NCBI GenBank assembly: GCA_964057225.1
Contig: OZ059896.1
Coordinates: 8,804,001 to 8,868,000 of the forward strand
DNA from: Auanema rhodensis
Lineage: Eukaryota > Animalia > Nematoda
Reading direction: 5' to 3'
DNA length: 64,000 bases
Positions within the stretch are counted from its first letter, which is position 1; every line of letters starts with the position of its first letter. The position numbers were made by a program, and so were the translations under genes. The notes beneath the pieces are model-generated. The model was not told the origin of the DNA. It made no database searches and saw only the letters and a list, made by a program, of their open reading frames with translations. This document shows positions 53,151 to 64,000 of the stretch, in pieces.

Positions 53151-53282
53151 ATTGATACAAGGTCCTGCCGCGGAACAGCAGAATAACGGAAACTGGCACA
53201 ACCAGCAAAGCCTTTGGCCACCTACCACCGATCACTCTGCGTTACCAAGGGAACGAAAATGGATGCAAAGAGCTTTATCAAT
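53151..53282 (-). ncRNA. Candidate structured RNA element of unknown family between ribo-1 and IMPDH
   Basis: GC-rich island with nested stems whose imperfect pairs are G-U only on the minus strand; no recognised snRNA/snoRNA/tRNA motifs. Confidence 0.45.
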
Positions 53283-53499
53283 GAGAATTGAGTGTTAAAA
53301 TAGTGGAGTGCCATTACACTACAAGGAACTTATTTAATCATTAATAAATAATTTACCCATAAATAAAACGTAGACGAGATAAAGATTAAAACAACAACTA
53401 CACTAAAATGAATAACAAGCACATTCCAATGAATATTAGTATCAAAGGAAAGATGGTGACTATTTGTGAATTAAGTTATTAAATAAATAGGTTGACAGC

Positions 53500-55782
53500 T
53501 CAAAGAGCGGCGAGAATAGTATCGGCTCTGTTTCTGGCATCCGATACCTTATTCTTGAAAACAACATCTTCAGGTCCTGATTTTTGTTGACTCTTCATAA
53601 GAGAACTAAGGTATACATCAACATTCTCCAGAACAAATTTGTCATAACGAAGGAGATCGGTACCCTGAGACACAAATCCAATTTATTTAAAAAATAAAAA
53701 AGCAAAACCTTCTCGAAGGAGCTCTCACTCAATGCTTTCAATGTATTCAATGTTAACTGGATCTTCTCGTTCATCTCACTTCTGCTGTGTTCAAGTGATT
53801 TCTTTGCAACCTACAAAACATATGTAAAAAAAAGAAAGAAAGATATGCATGCCTTCAAGATTTCTTCATCACGAGTTGCCTTGAACTCACTAGCATTAGA
53901 AAGGAAAGAAATGTACAAGTTTTGTTTTTTCTCTACCAAACTGTCTAAGGTTGACACAACACCACGTACTTTCTCTCTAATATCCTTTTCTGGATCCTAC
54001 AAGAAAATAATTAAAATTTGGTAATGTATATTTTAACGAACCGAAACTATGGTGAAGTCCAGACGAACATAAATGATAACCACTACAAACAAACACAAAA
54101 AGAAGATTGTTGCCATGAGAGGCTCACGAAGTAAATGCATGGAATCGAATTCATATGATACCTAGAAAAAAAGGTTATAAACAAAAAACATAGAGAAAAG
54201 CTTACAGTAAATGGCTGAATATGATCATCAACAAGGCGTTCCTTCTGCAGAACAACTACGGTGCGTCCAACAGTATCCAAATAAGTAGCTCTAACTTCAT
54301 CAGGACGACGATCCATTGTATATGGAGTAGATATTTTCACTTTTCTAAGAGAAAGAAAAAATATTATCATCTAAAACAAGTGTTACCCTGCAAGTTCGGG
54401 AAGAACGATCTTGGTAGTAAGCTTTCCAACAGCAATGTTATCGAAGATATGGTCAAACACACGCATTTTCAAGGCAAAATTATTTCCTTTCTGGTACAAG
54501 TACTCAGAAGCAGGAAGATTATATCCAATAACATAAGAAGTTCTCCAGCCACCAAACAATGGATATCTAATAAATCAATGCTATTAAAATAGGAACACAA
54601 CTGAAATTCACCTAGGTCTGATATCTACTTCAACACTATCTGCTCGTAGACGCATACCAGAAGTAGAAATATTTCCAATTTCATCTCGATAATAAATATC
54701 TTTAGCAGTAGCAGGTAATACAGTCTAAAATATGTGATAAGCAGAACTTCAAGTAAGTATGAAATTACAATGAATCTTTGTAAAGCTGGTTGCCGTTTTC
54801 CTCTTCTGTCCATTTGGAAGTCCAGGCGAGAGAATGATCCCTGCAAAAAAAAAAGAAGGTAAGAATAAAAATTATATTAACCTTGAGTTCAGCTCCCTTG
54901 TGAACTAATTCAATGTAATCTTCAACAGCAATATTTCCACCCCAGTGAGAAATTTCAATAGAACGTTCAACAACAGTAGCCACAACGAATGGGTAGTTAT
55001 TTTCATAATGAATAGTAATAGCCTTCTATAAATTAAAAACCATAAAATAATATAAATAGCTTAATAAACCTTGTTGAAAGCAGGTTGATTAGAGTAAGGT
55101 CCATATGTTACTGATTCACTTTCTTGTTTGCTTGGAGAGACAGAAGTAGCAGAAAGTGTTTTTCCAGAAGCTAATTTGACGAAAGTTTTTTCTTTCATCA
55201 CTGCATATGCAGAAGCATAATAAGCATTTCCATGATATTGAACGAATCTAAGATTAATTTAGTTATAGGTTCTTTAAGAAATTATTACTGAGATTCTGAT
55301 TGAGCTATTTGAGCTGGGAAAGGAATAAGAGCCTCAGTGAGACGGTAATCCACAGTCAGTTTAATACTTTTTCCTTTGGCTACAGAATTGGAAAGCTCTA
55401 ATTTATATGCCTACAAAAAAATGCCATAAAACAAAACATTTTAACAATAAAACAACCTTAAAATCACTATTAGAACCAGCTGAATCTTTGGTAAGCTTCA
55501 GTTTTCTTTTTTTTCCTGATTCTTGCACTTCGAAATGAGCAAGGTGTTTTTCTTCCTCTTCCGATAATAAGAGCAATAAGTTATTAGAGTCAGCTCCATC
55601 ATTTTCGAATGTAACTGTTGAAGTTACTTTTACGATCTGAAAACGGTTTACTGAGTTTATTTTTAATAATTAGAACTTACCTGTGTGGATATATCTATTT
55701 TTCGGTCAACATCCGACACCTTCCAGGCTGATGTAATTAACGCTAAGTTAACTACCAGCACCAACAAGCTGAGAAATTTCAT
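53500..55782 (-). CDS. ribo-1: Ribophorin I (OST subunit 1)
   Basis: Signal peptide [73 protein letters not shown]; one GC-AG intron 53811-53852. Confidence 0.96.
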
Positions 55783-56031
55783 CCTTAAATTGAAATCGTG
55801 ATAAAATAACGAAATGTTATGTTTTATTCCTTGTATGACATAAGTTGTTCTCAGAGAAATGTACAACATAATTATAACATGATTTATTTTTAGTTATGAT
55901 TGCAAACCAGAAACAAGATATCCAAATTGTTTAAAATTGGAATGAAGCTTTAAGCAAATAAAATACTGTAAAATCATCTAAAACTATTCTATTGTTGGTG
56001 AGCATGAGCTTTCTGCGTTTGAAATATTTTT

Positions 56032-56051
56032 CCACGTAGCGAGTGACGTCA
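56032..56051. promoter_or_regulatory. bZIP-type sites (CCACGT and palindromic TGACGTCA) in the ribo-1/rpn-1 divergent promoter
   Basis: CCACGT at 56032-56037 and TGACGTCA at 56044-56051 in the 410-bp head-to-head interval; function inferred. Confidence 0.4.
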
Positions 56052-56192
56052 AGCCGATCTGTGTGGGACCAATTTACGTATATATCAGGGACGATGATAT
56101 TTTCGAGCCCTTCAAATAACCAGTGCTTATACTCATCTATTTTCTTGATTATTTTGGTAATATGCGATTTTTTTAAATATATAATTTTTCAG

Positions 56193-59100
56193 ATGGTAGC
56201 GTCTACTGAAGAAAAACGCAATGATTCGTTAGAAAAAGTTGAGAATGTAACAAAAAAAGGTGTAAAGGAAGAAAAAAAAGATGAAATGGTGAATTTTTAA
56301 ATTTTTATTTGGTTAAATTGTGCTTCTACAGACAGAAGAGGACAAAAAATTAGAAGAGGATCTTAACATGCTTGTTCAAAGATTAAGTGTAAGGTTTAAG
56401 TTATGTTACTTTATACTATGTAATATATAGGAGAATGATGCTTCTCTTCATCTGCCATCACTTGAAAGCATGAGATCTCTAATTCGAGCTTCAACTACTT
56501 CAATGACTTCAGTACCTAAGCCATTAAAGTTTATGCGTCCCCATTACGGAAAAATGAAGGAAATTTTTGAGAAAATGACTGACGGACAAGCAAAAGTATG
56601 TATTTATTTATCTTGTTTATTTTATTTTGCTCTCCTTTTTTTAAGAAGCTATGTGCTGATATCATCTCTGTTTTGGCTATGTGTTCTGATGAAAAAACTG
56701 ACTGCATTAACTTCAGAATGAAGGTAAGAAAGTATACCCTGCTTAATTTTAATATGTCGTGATTAGGGCCTTGGCGAGGCAATGGGAGACTGGGGTCATG
56801 AATATGTTAGACACTTGGCTACTGAAATGGCTGAGGAATGGAGATCATCAGGAGATGGTTCAGACAAAGGAAAGATCAGGTATTAATTTTTATATAGTTT
56901 TTTTGTTCAATTTATGCATAACGTTTAGACGCGAAGAGCTCACAACTATGGCTCGTGACATTGTTATCCATAATATGAAGCATAATGCTGAGGTATATAG
57001 TTACATTTCAGTTTTTTTTAAATGTTTTTTCATTATTAGGTTGAAGCTTGTGATCTACTTATTGAAATTGAGAAGCTTGATCTTTTATTGGAATATGTTC
57101 AGGATGTAGATCATCCTCGTGTCTGCTTGTATCTGTTGAGGTAGATAATAAATAAAATAAAACAATATGCAATTTGCATCTTCAGCTGTGCTCCTCTTAC
57201 TCCCGATCCAGATAACATCATCCTCATCCGGTGTGCTAAAGATATATATTTAAAGTTTGATCGTTATTTGGAAGCTGTCCGTTGTGCTATTATGCTTAAT
57301 GATACTGAAGAAATCAAAAATATTTTCATGAAGACTACTGACTCGTAAGTTTTTTCAATGTATTTTTATAACACAATTATTGCTTTAGTCTCTTACAACA
57401 ACAAATGGCAATCTTGCTTGGAAGACATCAAGTTTTCTTAGACTTTGAAAATGTTCCGAATGGAGCTCAACTGTCTGAGTTAAATTGTAACACTCATCTT
57501 TATGAATATTTCCGTTCATTGGCTAGAGAATTGGATATTATGGAGCCAAAAACTCCTGAAGGCATCTACAAAAGTCATCTCGAACATAGTAGTATGTTTC
57601 AATTGGAATATTTTTATGTGGTTTCTTTATATTTCAGGACCATTCGGAAATACAAGTGCACCAGATTCTTCACGAATGAATTTGGCTGGAGCTTTTGTAA
57701 ATGGATTCGTTAATTGTGGATTTGGAGTTGATAAGATGATGGCTGAAGGAGAAGATGCTAATAGATGGTTTTATAAGAACAAGGAATATGGTGAGCATTT
57801 TTTTTGTTATATGAAAACATTTTTTATCAAGGTATGTTCTCTGCTGCTGCATCACAAGGTCTTGTTTGGCGTTGGGACATTGATACTGGTTTGAGCAAGT
57901 GCGATCGCTTCTTATATGTGAATGATGATTTTATCAAGGTGATATTACGAATTATTTAAATTTAGCATTGTTTTATTTAAGGCTGGAACTCTTCTTGCTA
58001 TTGGTATCATTTCTTCTGGTATTCAAGATCCCTGTGATCCAGCTTCTGCTCTCCTCTTAGACCATGTTCACTCAGAAAGAACAGTGATGAGAGTAGGATC
58101 AGTTTTGGGTTTAGGATTAGCTTATGCTAACTCAAAACGTGAAACTGTCACAAAAAATGAAGATGGTGGCGTTATCCATGAACTTAAGAAGGTAATTTAA
58201 CAAGATAGTTTGTAAGCTTTCATGTTTTCCATTCTAAGGTACTCACTGATACTAAAGCATCATCTACCGCCGAAGTTAAAGGACTTGCTGGTTTATCTCT
58301 TGGTTTAATTATGGTTGGTACCGCTGATCACACCGTGGCCATGGAAATGCTTCAAACTTTGATGGAAAGAAGCGAACAAGAACTTGCCGATCCTAACATG
58401 CGTTTCTTAGCTCTAGGAATCGCACTTATCTTCCTTGGTCAGTTTCAAAGCGAAATTATTTATCTGATTTACAATTTGTTCAGGTACTCAAGAGAAGAGT
58501 GAAGTGTTTGTCGAGTCTTTGAGATCTCTCCCTGAGCCTTTTGGAAGCATGGTTTCAACCCTTGTTGATGTATGTGCCTATGCTGGTACCGGAAATGTTC
58601 TTAAAATTCAAAAACTTCTTCATATGTGTTCTGAACATTACGAAACTGCAGAGGACAAGAAGAAGGTTAATATTATTTTGATTTTATAAGCATATTTTAC
58701 GTTTTCCAGGACAAAAAAAAGGATGCAAAAGAGAAGGAGAAGAAGGAAGACGGCAAAATTGACCTTTCCAGCCAACAAGCTGTTGCGGTAATTGGAATTG
58801 GCCTTATTGCCATGGGTGAAGAAGTTGGATCTCAAGTAACAATTTTAGCTTATTTTTGTTATTACTACTTATTGTTTTCAGATGGCTTTAAGAATGTTTG
58901 GTCATCTTATTCGATATGGTGAACCTGTTATTCGCCGTGCAGTGCCATTGGCTCTTGCTCTTATTTCCGTTTCTCATCCCCAATTGAATATTCTTGAAAC
59001 TTTGAGCAAGTTCTCTCATGACGCTGATCCTGATACTGCACACAACGCGATTTTTGCCATGGGTTTAGTTGGAGCTGGTACCAACAATGCTCGGCTAGTA

Positions 59101-59773
59101 TCTATGCTTCGCCAGCTTGCTAGCTATCATCATAAGGATCAGGTATAAGCTACTGAGGAGAAACATATTAATTGCCTTGTTAAGTTCTCTTTGATGCTTG
59201 TAAGAATTGCTCAAGGATTAACCCATCTCGGAAAGGGTACTATGACGATGAATCCATGGCATTCTGACAGACAGCTTCTCTGTCCAAGCGCTGTTGCTTC
59301 TCTTTTGACCATATGTTTCGCCTTTTTGGACACCAATAACCCGGTACGCTTTATCAAAATAGTTTTATGTTTACGTTATATTTAGGTTCTTAATAACAAA
59401 CAACATTATTTATTGTATGTTCTTGTACTTGCAATGCAACCAAGAATGCTTGTAACATTGTGTGAAGATGAATTAAAGCCAGGCCAATTGAAACAAGTTT
59501 CTGTAACAGTTAGAGTTGGTCAAGCTGTTGATGTTGTTGCACAAGCTGGAAAACCTAAAACTATTACCGGTTTCCAAACGCACACAACTCCAGTTCTTCT
59601 TGCTTACGGCGAGAGAGCAGAGTTAGCAAACGATGAATGTAAGAAAAATATTTAAGCTGTTTTATAATCGACGAAATGTTTTAGATATCTCAATGACTCC
59701 TTACTTGGAAGGACTTGTGATTCTCAAAAAGAATCCAGAATACGAAGCTACCCCGGTGCCCGCTAAAAAATAA
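56193..59773 (+). CDS. rpn-1: 26S proteasome non-ATPase regulatory subunit 2 (Rpn1/PSMD2)
   Basis: [84 protein letters not shown]. Confidence 0.98.
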
Positions 59774-60100
59774 GTACATATTCCTCTAATTTATTTTCGA
59801 GTATCTCCAAATAACTGGCGATAATCTTTAAAACGGCGTATTTTTACTTTCGTTCTCTACCGTGTGCTTGTTCGCGGGGTAATAATTTTTCTGTCTGATT
59901 TACACCCATGTAATCTCTAACGAGCACATGTATGCATGGTGTCACTACTTGTAAACTGTTTTGTGAATATGTACAATTAAGTGCAATCACTGGTTTGAAT
60001 TAAATATTATCTTAACTATAGTTGTTCACTTTTTATTGAAATGTATCGATATAATTTATTTACTTAATAACTGGTGAGAAGTGAGCTGGCACATAATGAG

Positions 60101-62235
60101 TTACTGAAACAATCTCTACTTGCTTTTACAAAATATTTTCTACCTGGCAGAGAACATGGCTTGAAGCTACAACACTGGCTGTCTCCATAAACCGAGGAAC
60201 AAGTCTAGCTGACAATGTGAAGCACTGAAAAAATGGTGTGCTTTCTCTTCATGTTTGAAATAAACGTACTGCTTCTCTCCAATATGATGGGACAGCTTGG
60301 CACTGGTTGGAGTGAATAGAAGCTACAGCGTTGTGCTGAACTTCCTTCTCAAGAAGAGCATTCTTAAAACAAATAAAAAGATTGAGAAATGCACTATGAT
60401 TATACCTTTAAGTAGTCCATAGTGTCATCACAAGCTTGTTGCTTTAAACTTTTCTTTTCGTCCATAGAAAGAGCATTCATATTAATAGCTTAAGTTTTAA
60501 AAATTGTTATCAACTGCATTATTCATCATTTTTTACCAGATTGAGGATCGCAAACGTGTTGTCTAACACAGATATCACGGGGATCTACTTGCTTGATAGT
60601 CATGTAAAGAACAGTTGGAAGATAAAGAGACAAGAAGTCTTGACAAGATGCACTAAAGTTAGCTGGGAGAAGAGAGTCGCAAGCGAAGTCCTGGATTTTC
60701 TTAGACAGCTCGTTCTATAGGATTGTCAAATGGTTAAAAAAAATATATATATATATATAATAACTCTATCTTTCTCAAGTCCAGAGAGAACTCCCTCATA
60801 CTCGAGCTCACAATCCAAGCAAGATTTCAAAACAATTCCTTGGCTCGTTTGAAGAGTTTTGGCTCCAGCCCAGAATGCTCTCAAAGAGCTTTTCTCGTGT
60901 GGAATAGATGTCTAAAACTCTAATATTGCACAAAGATAAAATAAAGTGAGCACAGAGGTTCTTTAATATTATGCCTTTATTGAAAAAACAGTCGACTGGA
61001 CAAATTCTGAACAACGATGTTTCATAATTATGTTTTTGAAACAGCTCTCGAACAACAGAGAACCAGAGACAGTAGGAAGAAACACGTAGGGAAGGGTGGA
61101 CAGTATTTATAAAGGGAAACAGAAAACATTAGGTTGAATGAGATTCCTTTCCAGGAATTCAGCAGTTGGACATTTTTAAAGCTCGTAGAAGAATTTAACC
61201 AATCCTACCAAACGAGTAGTGTTGGCACCTTTGGGACAGAATCCAATGGATGAGCAAGCCTAAATATTGTTATGGTAATAAATATTAGTAAAATATAGAA
61301 ATATTACCTTCTTGGTGTCTTGGAGGATAGCATCAAGCTCTTGGAAGAAACTTGGGAGGAATTGTTCAACGAGCATATCACACTGAAAAATTACACATGT
61401 TTAATGATATGAATATAAATAAATTACCATTCCACGGTAGCTGTAAGCATGAATACAGATATTCTTAGCGAAGAATTCCTTGATAGACTTTTGCTTTTCC
61501 TTATCTTCGACAAATTGCTTCAATTCAGTAGCAGCAAATTGACATTGGTCACAGGCAAGATCTTTCTAAACAAAAAAAGAAATGTTAATAAATTAAACAT
61601 CAGAAAAAAAGATTTCATGAAGTCAGCTGCCAGAACAGATCAACGGATTGATTAAAAGATCTAAAAAATGAAAACTCACAATTCCCTCAACTTGATCGAT
61701 GGCCTTCTTGGCATAAAGAAGACCAATACGGTGGAAAGCATCAAGACGGGGGTTGGCACAGAGATGGAAAGCCTTGCAAACCTTTACTCCGTCCTCCTGA
61801 AAATAAAATGATCATTCACCGTGTAGAACTTTTTTTCAATCTTAGAGGAAAACAACATAAATTACACCTACAATGTATGGCTTGACTCTCTTGATAATAT
61901 AATCAATGTTCTTAACAAAGACAAGGCATTCGGTTTCATATGAAGTTTCGTGGCATAAAGCGCTAAGAAGGAGCTTCAATTCACGCATTTTCTTCTCATC
62001 CTCGGCGGCATTGATGAAACGCTTGACAATCTGAAAAGGAATATTATCACTCAATGTATAATCATCTGTATATCTTCAAATCTAGAACTGAAAATGAACT
62101 TACTCCCACACATTGGTCACAAGTGTTTTTAGAATCGACAACATCTACATCAATACGGTTGCTAGAAAGCATGGCATCCTTTCCTTCATAAGCGAGGCAA
62201 GCTCCTACAAGAGCCAGAACAATCAGCAACTTCAT
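60101..62235 (-). CDS. spp-10: Prosaposin-like protein with up to four saposin B domains (spp-10-like)
   Basis: Signal peptide MKLLIVLALVGACLA; CDQC..LC..EC..VCKAFHLC; CDQC..IC..CD..ACSSIGFC; CLDC..AC..SC..IC..VC; degenerate fourth domain. Orthology to spp-10 is from memory; last exon boundary uncertain. Confidence 0.82.
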
Positions 62236-64000
62236 CTAAACGAAATGATAACTGATAAGTCAATATAACAAAATTGCTAGCAAAAATTAAAGATGGTAGA
62301 TACTGGGTGATACACCGGCGAATAGAAGGTCTTGAGATCGAAACTGGCGATCTTGTGACCGGGATTTAAGTGAAAATAACAGAAGAACAACTGTTAGTTG
62401 AATATGTGAGAGCAGAGAAATTTGGAACATTCCTGATAGAGTGGAAGGAACCCTGTGATAATGAACAAGAAAATAGAAATTACAAAGAAAAAGAGATAGA
62501 ACCAAACGATATAGAGAACTCAGATAAATGAGATAAATGGTTAGCCAGCACGGATAATGACTAGGACTGATGATTTAGCTATATTAAAAACTAAGTTTAC
62601 ATCTACTAACACTGCCACCCGTTAATTTTTATTGGCCACCTATCTAGTCAGCAAAATGTTGTCTCGTCTAATATTTTCACTATTTTCTGCATTAGAGACC
62701 GTATTGAATAGAAACAAAGCCAGAAAAGAACAAATGAGTAAGCATCTTAAAATATATATAAAGTAACAGGAAAAAAGGATAAATAATTACAAAACGCCAG
62801 TCTCATAGTGTTCTAATTGATATTGAAAAGTATCAACATCTTGTGTAATATAGCCTTCAATTTCTTATCACCTAACCAAAAGAACTTTTCATACAGGTAA
62901 AGTGCTGCTTCAAAATGTTGTTAATTCAAACACAAAATCTAAGTAAGATTGAGACTAACAATAGTGCGATTAAGAGGATTAAGAAGTAAACACAACTAAG
63001 AAAATGAGTCTGAAGTAATTTATAAAAAAACCCAAACAAAATCAGTTAATATCAGGATTAGTTTTAATATACAGAATTCTAACAGAAACCTTTTTGAAAA
63101 CAAAAAATGGAAAATCTTATCTTAAGGTAAAGATTTATAACCATGCTGAGAATTGAAATCAAAAGCAAAATGATAAGTGATTGGTACATGAGTGGAATTC
63201 AATATAATGAACGATTCTAATCCTCAATTTCTCCCTATCTTCTTTATCAATGGAAGCAATTCCACATAAGACGGTATATGAAATGCTTTTAAAAAATCAA
63301 TTCATCAAATCTATTTTCATTTCAATACAACATATCCTCAAATTGAAAGAAATATTATTAAATCTCAAAATACAACAACATCATATCAAGATGATCCATT
63401 TTCGAAATAACAAATAGTTATTGATTAATACTACATTGTAAAAAAACCGTTGTATATAGCTATATGACCTATAATAAACTAAATGGATTAGCAGACAGAA
63501 ATTTCTTATATTATATGATCTACCAAGTATATATATATATATGTATCGTATATGTAAAATATATATTTGGTATTTCTATAATATACATAATAGATTTTGT
63601 TTTATTAATATCAATGTAGTTTGATTTCATTTTTTTCTTTAATTTATTATTTTGGTAACATTTGAATTGTTTTACTTTGATATTATTGTCTAAGTCATCT
63701 TTATTTCTTATTGATATCTTACAATATCCTTAAGCCAGTATCTGATTTGTTACAAAAATAAGTAGCAAAATCAAAAAACCATAAATCATTCTCTATGAGA
63801 TTTTGTTTGGTGACACTTTGTTCAGCCATGTGGCTCTTTTGAGAGATTGCTTATCATATGTTCAACGTGTCATTCTTATGGCGTTATCATATAAGTTCTG
63901 AGCAATGCTGAATTCCATTATACAGATTCTTATGAGGGCTCACATAATAATCAAAGTAATATATATAAGAACGGATAATAAATTATCTTAAAGATTTCGT

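Noticed and set aside
53141-53284. Plus-strand ATG-GAC-TTC-AAT-TGA-... frame as a selenoprotein
   Set aside because: No SECIS-like element and no selenoprotein motif; stems favour a minus-strand RNA

Overview
Eukaryotic, very AT-rich genomic DNA from a rhabditid-like nematode: cuticular collagen, Srx chemoreceptor, many ~40-45 nt introns, operon-like gene spacing. The ORF track mostly shows exon fragments, so gene models were assembled by hand from GT/GC-AG boundaries and codon phase. Left half (1-33 kb) is gene-sparse and microsatellite-rich. It holds a collagen 5' end, a ~22 kb multi-promoter gene with a giant 180-bp-repeat exon and a CCSER-like C-terminal coiled coil, an Ig+EGF+TM ligand-like gene and an srx receptor. 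Right half (33-62 kb) is gene-dense: a six-lipocalin polyprotein, PTRHD1, LMW-PTP, SPF45/RBM17, PEX2, a 55-aa single-TM micropeptide, tafazzin, a Cys-rich repeat protein, IMPDH, ribophorin I, RPN1 and a prosaposin-like gene. Strongest leads: (1) the 55-aa micropeptide, below the ORF-track cutoff, resembles phospholamban (RKQS kinase site, L-x-x-N TM motif); (2) IMPDH has a candidate 56-nt frameshifting cassette exon paralleling the human retinal IMPDH1 tail; (3) a strand-specific structured RNA element with a two-tier G-quadruplex lies upstream of IMPDH; (4) promoter choice creates or removes an SxIP motif in the CCSER-like gene. All homology calls are from recognition, not from database searches.
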